Program-made: the position numbers and the translations under genes
NCBI GenBank assembly: GCA_964536865.1
Contig: CAZHYN010000001.1
Coordinates: 180,001 to 212,000, forward strand
DNA length: 32,000 nucleotides
Reading direction: 5' to 3'
Source: an uncultured Planctomycetia bacterium
GTDB lineage: Bacteria; Omnitrophota; Gorgyraeia; Duberdicusellales; 4484-171
The notes under the pieces: model-generated
What the model saw: the letters and a program-made list of their open reading frames with translations, nothing else
The model's database searches: none
What the model was told of the DNA's origin: nothing
Shown here: positions 7,419-15,997 of the stretch, one piece after another
Layout: the number at the start of each line of letters is the position of its first letter
Numbering within the stretch: position 1 is the first letter of the stretch

Positions 7419-9416
7419 ATGCTTCAAGGTTTAGAGAAAAAGAAGACTTTTCTTCTCTGTGGTCATGCTCAGACAGGAAAGACCTCTCTAGCTGAGGCGA
7501 TACTTTATCAATGTGGTGTTACTTCCCGCTTAGGAAAGGTAGAGGAGGGTACAACCGTTAGCGATTATGAGGAGGATGAGAAGGAAAGGAAAAGTTCCAT
7601 AAACCTTTCGGTAGTTAATGCTCACTATAAGGATAGCTATCTCCAATTTATAGATACTCCAGGATACCTAGACTTTGTGGGAGAGTTAGTAGCCTCCGCT
7701 CGAGCAGTCAATTTTGCTGTAATTGTAGTGAGTGCATCCTCAGGAGTAGAAGTAGGTACAGAAAAGGCTTGGGAGATTGTAAGAAAGGAAAACTTACCTT
7801 GTTTATTTTTTATTAATCAACTAGATAAAGAAAATGCTGATTACACTAAAGTTGTTGAGCAGATTCAGAAGAATTTAGCTAAAAAAGCTACTTCCTTTGC
7901 TGTTTTTGAAAAAAATACTGTAACTGATGTTTTAAAAAATAAAGACAGAGCGCCTTCTCTCTATAACGAGATTGTTGAGAAGGTAGCAGAAAGTGACGAT
8001 GCCTTATTAGAGAAGTATTTAGATAAAGGAGAGTTGGAAGAGAAGGAATTAATTCTTGCTTTAAAGAGAGCGATTGTAAATTCTCAGATTTTCCCAGTAA
8101 TAGGTGGAATAGCTACTCAGCAGTTAGGAGTAGAGCTACTCTTAGATTTGATTAATGAGATTATGCCTTCCGCAGGGGATTGCTTACCTAAGAAGGCTAA
8201 GGATGCTCAATCCAACCCGTTAGAGATAAATCCTACAGATTCCTTCTTTACTGCTCAGGTTTTTAAAACTGTGGTAGATCCTTACGTAGGCCAGCTTAGT
8301 ATCTTTAGAGTTTTTTCTGGTTCTATTACTTCTAACAGTGAAGTTTATAATGCCACCCGGCGAATCAAGGAGAAGGTTGGCCAACTTTATACTCTTCAAG
8401 GTAAACAGCAGAGTCCTGTGGATAGACTCTCTTCTGGGCAGATCGGTGCAGTAGCAAAGCTAAAAGATACTCATACCCAGGATACGTTGACAGAGGCTTC
8501 CAAGATCTTAGAATTCCCTCCTATTGAATTTCCTTCTCCTGTATACTCAGCTTCAGTAAAGCCTAAGACCCGTCAGGATGAAGAGAAGATCTCTACTGCT
8601 TTAGGCCGCCTTGCTAGTGAGGACCCCACTTTTAAAGTATCTAGAGATGTTCAGACAAAGGAATTAATTATCTCTGGTATGGGAGAGTTACATCTGAATG
8701 TGATTATTGAAAGGATGAGGAGGAAGTATTCTGCTAATGTGGAGTTAGGTACTCCTAAGGTTCCCTATAAGGAAACGGTGACTAAATCTGTGAAAGTTCA
8801 AGGTAAGTATAAAAAACAGACGGGAGGTAGAGGTCAATACGGAGATGTATGGATTGAAGTGGAGCCTCTGGAGAGGGGAAAGGAGTTTGAATTTGTAGAT
8901 AAGATTGTAGGAGGAGCCATTCCTAGAAATTTTATCCCTTCAGTGGAGAAAGGGATAAGAAAGGCTATGGAAGAGGGAATCTTAGCCGGTTATCCAGTAA
9001 CCGACATTAGAGTCACTCTCTACGACGGTTCTTATCATCCTGTAGATTCTTCAGATATCGCTTTCCAAATTGCTGGATCCATGGCTCTTAAACAGGCTTT
9101 AGAACAAGCTAATAGTGTGCTTCTAGAGCCAATTATGAATGTAGAGATAATAGTTCCTGAGGAATTTATGGGACAGATTACAGGAGATATAAATGCTCGT
9201 AGAGGTAGGGTGTTGGGAATGGAGATAAAAGGAAGGAACCAAGTGGTGAGGGCCCAGATTCCCTTAGGAGAAATGTTCAAATATGCCTCAGATCTACGTT
9301 CAGTCACCGGAGGAAGAGGTACCTACTCTATGAGTTTTTCCCACTATGAAATAGTCCCCGCAAGGTTATCTCAGAGCATAATCGAGATGGCTAAAAGAGA
9401 GAAGAAAGAAGGCTAG
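7419..9416 (+). CDS. elongation factor G paralog with divergent G domain (EF-G-like translational GTPase)
   Basis: 665-aa ORF with the five-domain EF-G layout. P-loop GHAQTGKT. G3 reads DTPGY instead of DTPGH. G4 reads NQLD instead of NKxD. The domain IV tip GSYHPVDSSDIAFQIAGS is conserved, as is the domain V/C-terminal PLGEMFKYASDLRSVTGGRGTYSM block. Confidence 0.9.
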   Translation: MLQGLEKKKTFLLCGHAQTGKTSLAEAILYQCGVTSRLGKVEEGTTVSDYEEDEKERKSSINLSVVNAHYKDSYLQFIDTPGYLDFVGELVASARAVNFAVIVVSASSGVEVGTEKAWEIVRKENLPCLFFINQLDKENADYTKVVEQIQKNLAKKATSFAVFEKNTVTDVLKNKDRAPSLYNEIVEKVAESDDALLEKYLDKGELEEKELILALKRAIVNSQIFPVIGGIATQQLGVELLLDLINEIMPSAGDCLPKKAKDAQSNPLEINPTDSFFTAQVFKTVVDPYVGQLSIFRVFSGSITSNSEVYNATRRIKEKVGQLYTLQGKQQSPVDRLSSGQIGAVAKLKDTHTQDTLTEASKILEFPPIEFPSPVYSASVKPKTRQDEEKISTALGRLASEDPTFKVSRDVQTKELIISGMGELHLNVIIERMRRKYSANVELGTPKVPYKETVTKSVKVQGKYKKQTGGRGQYGDVWIEVEPLERGKEFEFVDKIVGGAIPRNFIPSVEKGIRKAMEEGILAGYPVTDIRVTLYDGSYHPVDSSDIAFQIAGSMALKQALEQANSVLLEPIMNVEIIVPEEFMGQITGDINARRGRVLGMEIKGRNQVVRAQIPLGEMFKYASDLRSVTGGRGTYSMSFSHYEIVPARLSQSIIEMAKREKKEG

Positions 9417-10084
9417 TGAAAATTTTTACTCCCCAAGAGCAACTTTTAGGGAAGAAGATTTATCGAGATAAAAGTCTTAAGAAGTTAGAGGAAAAATTTA
9501 AGCCTAAAAAGGTCACTTACTTCAGTGGAGAGTTTATTTCTACTAAAGAAAGCTGTGATGTGATTCTTCTGGATGAGAAAACACTTTTAGATTTTGTTGT
9601 GGAAGATATGGAAAAGTTAGAGGGACTTCTAGGTAAAGAAAAAGAAGAGTTAGTGAAGAAAGCTTTGAGAGTTTTAGATAAGGGTAAACCTTTATTTACA
9701 GAATTAGATGAAAAAGAGAGAGATGAGCTTAAAGATTATAACCTTATCACTTTAAAGCCAGTGGTTTTCCTAGAAGGAGACCAAGATTTAGATACCCTAT
9801 GGGAGAGGATTTTTGAAACAGCAGGAGTTATCTTTTTTTATACTGTCAATAAGAATGAAGCTAGAAGCTACCCTACTAAAGAGGGAACCGACATTGTTTC
9901 TTGCGCAGGAAAAGTCCATAGTGATCTAGCAAGAGGTTTTATAAGAGCAGAGGTTTTCAACATTAAAGATATAGATAGCTTTCATAATTTAGAAGAAGCA
10001 AGGCAGAGAAGGTTCCTGAAGGTAGTGGGTAAAGATTATATCGTAGTTCATGGAGATGTAATTAACATAAAATTTAGCGTTTAG
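9416..10084 (+). CDS. YchF-like protein lacking the P-loop (coiled-coil + TGS/DUF933 C-terminal half only)
   Basis: 222-aa ORF with a GTG start overlapping the EF-G-like TAG stop (TAGTG). The C-terminus HSDLARGFIRAEVFNIKD...VVGKDYIVVHGDVINIKFSV matches the YchF C-terminal domain (HTDFEKGFIRA...GKDYIV.DGDV..F.FNV). LITLKPVVF matches the YchF LTLKP block. No GxxxxGKS or DxxG motif is present. Confidence 0.75.
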   Translation: MKIFTPQEQLLGKKIYRDKSLKKLEEKFKPKKVTYFSGEFISTKESCDVILLDEKTLLDFVVEDMEKLEGLLGKEKEELVKKALRVLDKGKPLFTELDEKERDELKDYNLITLKPVVFLEGDQDLDTLWERIFETAGVIFFYTVNKNEARSYPTKEGTDIVSCAGKVHSDLARGFIRAEVFNIKDIDSFHNLEEARQRRFLKVVGKDYIVVHGDVINIKFSV

Positions 10085-10086
10085 AT

Positions 10087-11601
10087 ATGCTAAAGATACG
10101 TAGAGCCTTAATCAGCGTGTGGGATAAAAGAGGAATAATAGATTTTGCTAAGAAGTTGAAGAGCTTAAATATAGAGATAATCTCTACCGGTAAGACAGCC
10201 TCACTGTTGAGGAGAAGTAAGATAGATGTAAAGACTGTCTATTCTATCACTTCCTTCCCGGAGATTCTTTCTGGGAGAGTGAAGACTCTCCATCCTCGAG
10301 TATTTGGAGCAATTTTAGCTAATAAAAAACACCCTTTACATATGGAAGATTTAAAGAATTTAGGTATAGAACCTATCGATATGGTAGTAGTTAATTTCTA
10401 TCCTTTCCCCAAAATGGTTAAGGAGAAAGTAAGTTTTGACCAGATGTTAGAGTATATTGATATTGGGGGACCAGCGATGCTTAGAGCAGCAGCCAAAAAT
10501 TTTAAAAACGTAGCTTGTGTAAGTTCTCCTCAACAGTATAGGAGGATTATTGAGGAATTAGAGAAGAATAGAGGAATGTTAAAGGAAGAGGCTCTAAGAG
10601 AACTCGCCTGTGAAGTTTTTCGTATTACTAAAGATTACGATACTGCTATCTATGGTTTTTTAAAGAAGAGAGAGGTTTTAGTATGGGATTTAGAGAAGAT
10701 TTCTCATTTACGCTACGGAGAGAATCCCCACCAGAAAGGGGAACTATTCAAACTTTCTACTGAGGAGGGAGTAGGTTTCCGTCAGATTCAAGGAAAACAC
10801 CTTTCTTTTAATAATCTCCTTGACTTAGATACTGCCTTAAGTTTAGTGAAAGATTTTAACGAACCTACAGTTACAATTATAAAGCATGCTTCTCCTTGTG
10901 GAGTAGCTCAGGACAAAAAACTTTTCCGTGCTTTCCTTAAAGCTCATCAGGCTGATCCTGTTTCTAGCTTTGGAGGAATAGTGGGATTAAACAGGAAGGT
11001 TGATGGCAAAACTGCCAAGGAGGTATTGAAAAGTGACTTTAAAGAATGCATAATTGCTCCCAGTTATTCTAAAGAGGCATTGAGACTTTTTTCTTCCAAA
11101 AGAAATCTGCGCATAATAGAAGGGAACTTTGTTAAGTCTACTAAATACAAAGACATAAGAAGGATAGTATTTGGATACCTTCTTCAGGATCCCGATGAAG
11201 TTACTTGTGAAAAGAACCTCCTTAAGGTAGTTACCAAAAAGAAACCTACTGACAAAGAGTGGAAAGATTTACTTTTTGCCTGGAGAGTAGTTAAGTTCGT
11301 AAAATCTAATGCCATTGTAATAGCTAAAAATAGAATTACTCTGGGCATAGGAGGAGGACAGCCTTCTCGAGTGGGAGCAGTGGAGCTTGCTATTAAGAGA
11401 GCTTATAAATCTCCTAAAGGGGCAGTGTTGGCTAGCGATGGCTTCTTTCCTAAAACAGATTCTATAAAATTAATGAAGAAGTATGGTATAAGGTCCATTA
11501 TCCAACCGGGAGGTTCCATTAGGGATAAAGAGATTATAGAAATTTGCAATAAATTAAACATCTCTATGGTTTTCACAGGTATCCGCCACTTCCGCCATTA
11601 A
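10087..11601 (+). CDS. purH: bifunctional AICAR formyltransferase / IMP cyclohydrolase
   Basis: 504-aa ORF. N-terminal RALISVWDKRGIIDFAKKL (MGS-like domain), RVKTLHPRVFGAIL, KHASPCGVA, and the C-terminal IIQPGGSIRD...GIRHFRH are canonical PurH blocks. Confidence 0.95.
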   Translation: MLKIRRALISVWDKRGIIDFAKKLKSLNIEIISTGKTASLLRRSKIDVKTVYSITSFPEILSGRVKTLHPRVFGAILANKKHPLHMEDLKNLGIEPIDMVVVNFYPFPKMVKEKVSFDQMLEYIDIGGPAMLRAAAKNFKNVACVSSPQQYRRIIEELEKNRGMLKEEALRELACEVFRITKDYDTAIYGFLKKREVLVWDLEKISHLRYGENPHQKGELFKLSTEEGVGFRQIQGKHLSFNNLLDLDTALSLVKDFNEPTVTIIKHASPCGVAQDKKLFRAFLKAHQADPVSSFGGIVGLNRKVDGKTAKEVLKSDFKECIIAPSYSKEALRLFSSKRNLRIIEGNFVKSTKYKDIRRIVFGYLLQDPDEVTCEKNLLKVVTKKKPTDKEWKDLLFAWRVVKFVKSNAIVIAKNRITLGIGGGQPSRVGAVELAIKRAYKSPKGAVLASDGFFPKTDSIKLMKKYGIRSIIQPGGSIRDKEIIEICNKLNISMVFTGIRHFRH

Positions 11602-11627
11602 TTAACTCATTTTTAGTTGTTCACTTT

Positions 11628-12953
11628 ATGTCCACCTACAAAGAAATAGAAAGTTATCTCGATACATTTATTAACTATGAGAAGAAGATTTTTTTCTCTT
11701 ATCGAAAGTCTTTAAAACTAGGAAGAGTAAGACACCTTCTCGAGGTCTTAAGAATTCCCTATCAGGAACTAGATGTAATACATATTGCTGGAACTAAAGG
11801 CAAAGGTTCAGTAGCTACTTTTTTAGCTTACCTCTTAGCTTCTTCTCGTTACAAGATAGGACTGTATACTTCTCCCCATTTTTATAATTTTAGAGAGAGA
11901 ATAAAGATAGTAGAAAAGATAAACTCTCAAATTAAGGAAACTCTTATTTCTAAAAGAGGAGTAGTAACTATTGTAGAGAAGTTTAAACCTTATCTAGAAA
12001 TTTTGCGTTATAACCCTCAATGGGGTAAACTTACCTTCTTTGAGGTTTACACTGCTTTAGCTTTCTATTTTTTTTGTCAGCAAAATTTAGATTTCACAAT
12101 TTTAGAAGTAGGATTGGGAGGTAGATTAGATGCTACTAATATAGTAACCCCTTTGGTCTCAGTAATTACTCATATTGGTTATGATCATACGCAAAAGTTA
12201 GGCAAGAGATTAAAAGATATCGCTTACGAGAAAGCAGGAATAATAAAAGAGGGTATACCCGTAGTAAGTTCTTGGCAGCGTCCTACAGTTTTAGAGGTAA
12301 TCAAGAGGAGAGCAAAAACTTTAAATGCCCCTCTTTATATTCTAGGAAAAGATTTTGAGTTTAATAGGGTGAGAGTAAAGTCAAACTATACCCTTTTTGA
12401 TTTTTGGTTTAATAAAACAAAGATTTCTAACCTTAAGATAGCTCTTAAAGGTTTACATCAGGTAGAAAATGCTTCTCTAGCTTTAGCAACACTTTTGCTC
12501 CTCTTGGAGAAAAAAGAAGTAAAATACTTAACAATTAAAGAAGCGTTATCAACTACTTTTCTTGAAGGTAGATTTGAGAGAATAAAAATGCAACCTCTTA
12601 TAATTTTAGATATTGCTCATAATCCTTCCTCTTTTGCTGCCTTGGCTTCCACTCTAGAAAAATATTTTCCCACCAGAGAGATTATTTTAATTTTTGCTGT
12701 CTCTAAAGACAAAGATGTTAAAAATATGCTAAACAAGATAAAGTTCAAAAAGATAATTCTTACTACCTTCTCTAATCCTCGTAGCCTTCATCCTGACAAG
12801 ATCGCAAGATTAGCATGCTTAAAAGAACCTATTTTAACTAGTAAGCCAAGAGAGGCTTTAAAAGTAGCGTTAAGGTTGTACAATAGAGATTCCTTGATTT
12901 TAGTTAGTGGTTCCTTATTTCTAGTAGCGGAGGTAAAAAAGTTGCTATTATGA
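11628..12953 (+). CDS. folC: folylpolyglutamate synthase / dihydrofolate synthase (Mur ligase family)
   Basis: 441-aa ORF. P-loop HIAGTKGKGS, LEVGLGGRLDATN, THIGYDH and ILDIAHNP are FolC/Mur-ligase motifs. Confidence 0.9.
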   Translation: MSTYKEIESYLDTFINYEKKIFFSYRKSLKLGRVRHLLEVLRIPYQELDVIHIAGTKGKGSVATFLAYLLASSRYKIGLYTSPHFYNFRERIKIVEKINSQIKETLISKRGVVTIVEKFKPYLEILRYNPQWGKLTFFEVYTALAFYFFCQQNLDFTILEVGLGGRLDATNIVTPLVSVITHIGYDHTQKLGKRLKDIAYEKAGIIKEGIPVVSSWQRPTVLEVIKRRAKTLNAPLYILGKDFEFNRVRVKSNYTLFDFWFNKTKISNLKIALKGLHQVENASLALATLLLLLEKKEVKYLTIKEALSTTFLEGRFERIKMQPLIILDIAHNPSSFAALASTLEKYFPTREIILIFAVSKDKDVKNMLNKIKFKKIILTTFSNPRSLHPDKIARLACLKEPILTSKPREALKVALRLYNRDSLILVSGSLFLVAEVKKLLL

Positions 12954-14371
12954 GTACCTCTTTTCTTAAAGAATATAGCCTTAACGATACCATCGCTGCT
13001 ATCGCCACCTACCCTGCTAAGAGTGCCTTAGGAGTAATTAAGATATCAGGGAAGAAAGCTTTAGAGATTCTTTCTAAGATATTTATCTCCAAGGGAAGAA
13101 AAGACATAAAGAAGTTACCTACCTATACTCTTCATTACGGATGGGTTATAGAAAAGAAGTCTCACTCAGAGAAGGGTGAAAGGGAAGAAGTTTTAGATGA
13201 GGTACTAGTAAGTGTAATGAGAGCTCCTTGCTCCTATACTAGAGAAGATGTGGTGGAAATTTCCTCTCATGGAGGGATCCTTGTTTTGAATAGAATCTTA
13301 GAGTTAGTGTTGAAGAAGGGAGCAAGGCTAGCTAACCCTGGAGAGTTTAGTTATCGGGCATTTATAAATGGGAGGATAGACTTAGTTCAGGCTCAAAGTA
13401 TTTTAGATATTGTAGAAGCAAAAACAGAGCAGGGGCTTTTAGCTGCTACCACTCATTTGAAAGGGAAAATTTCTAAGAAGATAGAAGAAATTGAGGAGAA
13501 GTTAAGAAATATCTTTTCCCAGATAGAAGCTTCTATTCAATTTCCTGAAGAAGAAGTAAATATCTCTTTTGAGGAGATAAAAAGAGATGTTAGAAGGTTG
13601 AAAAAAGAGTTAGAAGAGCTAGTTAAAGCTTCCCGAGAAGGCCAGCTCATAAAAGAGGGGGTAAAGTGTGTAATATGTGGGAGAGCAAACGTAGGTAAGT
13701 CTACTCTTTTTAATCGTCTTCTTCAAGAAGAAAGGGTTATCGTAACTGAAGTTCCTGGGACTACTAGAGACGTAATTGAGGAGAATATAAACATAAAAGG
13801 TATTCCTTTAAGAATAGCTGATACTGCAGGAATACTGGAACCTAAGGACTTGATAGATAAAGTAGCGTTAGAGAAGAGTTTGAAAAAGATTGCAGAAGCA
13901 GATTTAGTTTTATTTCTCTTAGATTACTCTCAACCCTTAAGTAGAGAAGACTATCTCCTCTTAGATAAAATAAAAGATAAAAACGTTATTCTTGTAATCA
14001 ATAAGATAGATTTAAAAAAAGGTTTAGATTTAAATGAGGTTAGAAAGTTTAACAAACCTAGGGTTAAATTGAGTGCTTTGAGAGGAGAGGGATTTTCTAA
14101 TTTAGAGAAGGTAATCTTTAAGAACCTACTGGGGAGGACAACTTTAAGGGGTTATGATTTAGTATTCTTAGCTCATAGACAGAAGGAGTTGCTTTCTCAG
14201 GCTTTTTCTAGCTTATCTCAAGGTATAGAGTATTGTGAGCAAGGTTACTCTCTAGATATTATAGGGCTTCTGTTAAAAGAAGCTTTAGATAGTCTTGCTA
14301 AACTTACTGGTAAGGTGGTAGAGGAAGAGGTTTTAAAGGAGATATTTTCTCGTTTCTGTATTGGTAAGTAA
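12950..14371 (+). CDS. mnmE: tRNA modification GTPase MnmE (TrmE)
   Basis: 473-aa ORF. Its start overlaps the folC stop (ATGA). N-terminal TIAAIATYPAKSALGVIKISG, G domain GRANVGKSTLFN / DTAG / NKID, and the canonical C-terminal FCIGK motif. Confidence 0.95.
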   Translation: MSTSFLKEYSLNDTIAAIATYPAKSALGVIKISGKKALEILSKIFISKGRKDIKKLPTYTLHYGWVIEKKSHSEKGEREEVLDEVLVSVMRAPCSYTREDVVEISSHGGILVLNRILELVLKKGARLANPGEFSYRAFINGRIDLVQAQSILDIVEAKTEQGLLAATTHLKGKISKKIEEIEEKLRNIFSQIEASIQFPEEEVNISFEEIKRDVRRLKKELEELVKASREGQLIKEGVKCVICGRANVGKSTLFNRLLQEERVIVTEVPGTTRDVIEENINIKGIPLRIADTAGILEPKDLIDKVALEKSLKKIAEADLVLFLLDYSQPLSREDYLLLDKIKDKNVILVINKIDLKKGLDLNEVRKFNKPRVKLSALRGEGFSNLEKVIFKNLLGRTTLRGYDLVFLAHRQKELLSQAFSSLSQGIEYCEQGYSLDIIGLLLKEALDSLAKLTGKVVEEEVLKEIFSRFCIGK

Positions 14372-14388
14372 CCAGGAAAGGAGTGGAG

Positions 14389-14946
14389 ATGGATAGAAAA
14401 AAGATTGAGAAGGCAGTTAAGATGATTATAGAGGCAGTAGGAGCTAACCTCAATAAGAAGGACTTGCTTGCTACTCCCCGTAGAGTAGCTCAGATGTATG
14501 AGGAGATACTAAAGGGAGAAAAGAGATCGCCCGAGAAAGAGCTGGATGTAATTTTAGAGCAGAAACACGATGAGATAATTCTTCTAAAAGACATACCTTT
14601 ATATTCTCTCTGTGAGCATCATCTCCTTCCCTTTGCAGGAAAGGTTCATATTGCTTATATTCCCGACAAGCGGATTACAGGGCTAAGTAAAATAGTTAGA
14701 GTAGTGGAGATCTTATCCTCTAGACTTCAAGTTCAAGAGAGGTTAACTACCCAGATTGCTGATGTGATTATGAAGAAATTGAAACCAAAGGGAGTAATGG
14801 TGGTAATTGAGGCAGAACATCTATGTATGTCTATGCGGGGAGTTAAAAAACCTGGTGTTAAAGCGGTAACTAGTGTAGTAAGAGGAATTTTTCGTAAAAA
14901 TCAGAAAACCCGTCAGGAAGGTTTAAGTCTAATATTTTCTAAGTAA
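14389..14946 (+). CDS. folE: GTP cyclohydrolase I (FolE type 1)
   Basis: LATPRRVAQMY, CEHHLLPF and HLCMSMRGV are canonical FolE motifs. I prefer the ATG at 14389 because AAGGAG at 14377-14382 lies 6 nt upstream. The ORF track's in-frame GTG at 14383 is the alternative start. Confidence 0.93.
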   Translation: MDRKKIEKAVKMIIEAVGANLNKKDLLATPRRVAQMYEEILKGEKRSPEKELDVILEQKHDEIILLKDIPLYSLCEHHLLPFAGKVHIAYIPDKRITGLSKIVRVVEILSSRLQVQERLTTQIADVIMKKLKPKGVMVVIEAEHLCMSMRGVKKPGVKAVTSVVRGIFRKNQKTRQEGLSLIFSK

Positions 14947-14947
14947 C

Positions 14948-15484
14948 TCACTCTTTAGTTTCTTCTTTCTGAGAGATTTCCTTTTTCTCTTCTGATGAAA
15001 CCTGCTGTTCAATCTTCCTTACATGCTCTATTTCTTCTACAGAGAGTATAGCAGCTAAGTCAATAAGAATTAGTAACCGATCTTCAAGCTTACCTACGCC
15101 TGTGATATACCTTTGACTAATTTCTGACTCTATAATTTGAGGAGTTTTTTCTACTTTACTAGTAGGGATACGTAATACTTCGCTTACTTCATCTACAATC
15201 ATTCCCACAACGTTATCTTCTAACTCTACTACTACAATCCTTGTTTTTTCGGAACGAGGCTTAGAAGGAACATCTAATCTTTTTGCTAAGTCCATTACTG
15301 CGAGGATTTGACCTCTTAAGTTCACTACCCCCTCAATGAACTCAGGAGCTCTAGGTATAGGGGTAATGGGTACCAACCTTACAATTTCTCTTACCTGATG
15401 GATATTAACTCCGAATTCTTCCTCTCCTAATCTAAATACTACCAACTGTACTTCTTCCTGTTTTTCCATTCTAACATCAGGCAT
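14948..15484 (-). CDS. cheW: chemotaxis coupling protein CheW
   Basis: 178-aa ORF. EEFGVNIHQVREIV...IEGVVNLRGQILAVMDLAKRL and MIVDEVSEV are CheW-domain blocks. GGAGG lies 8 nt upstream of the ATG. Its stop is separated by 1 nt from the convergent folE stop. Confidence 0.9.
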   Translation of the reverse strand: MPDVRMEKQEEVQLVVFRLGEEEFGVNIHQVREIVRLVPITPIPRAPEFIEGVVNLRGQILAVMDLAKRLDVPSKPRSEKTRIVVVELEDNVVGMIVDEVSEVLRIPTSKVEKTPQIIESEISQRYITGVGKLEDRLLILIDLAAILSVEEIEHVRKIEQQVSSEEKKEISQKEETKE

Positions 15485-15548
15485 AATCCATTCCTCCTTC
15501 TTACCTAAATTATATCGATATTGAATTTTTCACAGACCTTACATTAAA

Positions 15549-15577
15549 TTTATAATACCTCTGTATTGAAAAGTCAA
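15549..15577 (-). promoter_or_regulatory. candidate sigma70 promoter for cheW
   Basis: On the minus strand: TTGACT (15577-15572), 17-nt spacer, TATAAA (15554-15549), roughly 60 nt upstream of the cheW ATG. Confidence 0.5.
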
Positions 15578-15949
15578 GAATTTATTTCCTACTGGAGTTT
15601 TCCCAAAATTTTTAAGTCAGTAAGGGGAAGAGGGAAAGCTATTTTTCGTTACCTTACGATTTTCTTTTCTTCCAGGGCTATCTCTATTTTGTATTAAACA
15701 GAATTCTGAATATCCCTCAGGCTAAGCAATAATATTTGAAAAGTGGTCTCTGAAAGAATCTTTTTGTTTTCTCATAACTCTTTTTAAGAAGAATGTTAAA
15801 TTTCATTTTTCTTTCCAAATGTACACTGAATTTCTCAGTTGGTAAGTAAGATAATAAGTGAGATAGATAAATCTGTGAATTTAGTAGTTAGTGAAAGACA
15901 GCAAGCGGGGGAGGGAAGATAGATTGTGGAAACTACTCTTTTCTCTCAA

Positions 15950-15979
15950 TTAAACTTTTTCCTCCTTCTTTTCGTCTAA
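15950..15979 (+). promoter_or_regulatory. candidate ECF-type (AAC...CGTC) autoregulated promoter of the repeat-protein/ECF sigma/anti-sigma operon
   Basis: TTAAAC (15950-15955), 17-nt spacer, CGTCTAA (15973-15979), 24 nt before the ATG at 16003. AAC in the -35 and CGT in the -10 are hallmarks of many ECF sigma promoters, and an ECF sigma gene lies in the same operon. Confidence 0.35.
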
Positions 15980-15997
15980 ATTAATGGAAGAAGGAGG
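15961..15997 (+). promoter_or_regulatory. perfect 10-bp anti-SD/SD inverted repeat (potential translational control hairpin)
   Basis: CCTCCTTCTT (15961-15970) is the exact reverse complement of AAGAAGGAGG (15988-15997). The second arm contains the Shine-Dalgarno site of the gene starting at 16003. The loop is 17 nt. Confidence 0.45.

Noticed and set aside
14383-14388. Alternative upstream starts given by the ORF track: GTG 14383 (folE), ATG 22881 (receiver) and TTG 16728 (ECF sigma)
   Set aside because: In each case an in-frame ATG a few codons downstream has better SD spacing or codon identity. These are 14389 after AAGGAG, 22869 after GGAGG, and 16764 as an ATG. The longer forms cannot be excluded without N-terminal proteomics or homolog alignment.
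15580-15950. Small ORFs (16 aa on the plus strand from 15793; 17 and 29 aa on the minus strand) and possible riboswitch or sRNA in the large intergenic gap
   Set aside because: The ORFs have no convincing SD motifs. I could match no riboswitch consensus by eye (c-di-GMP, THF and preQ1 were considered). The region is kept only as a low-interest unexplained finding.
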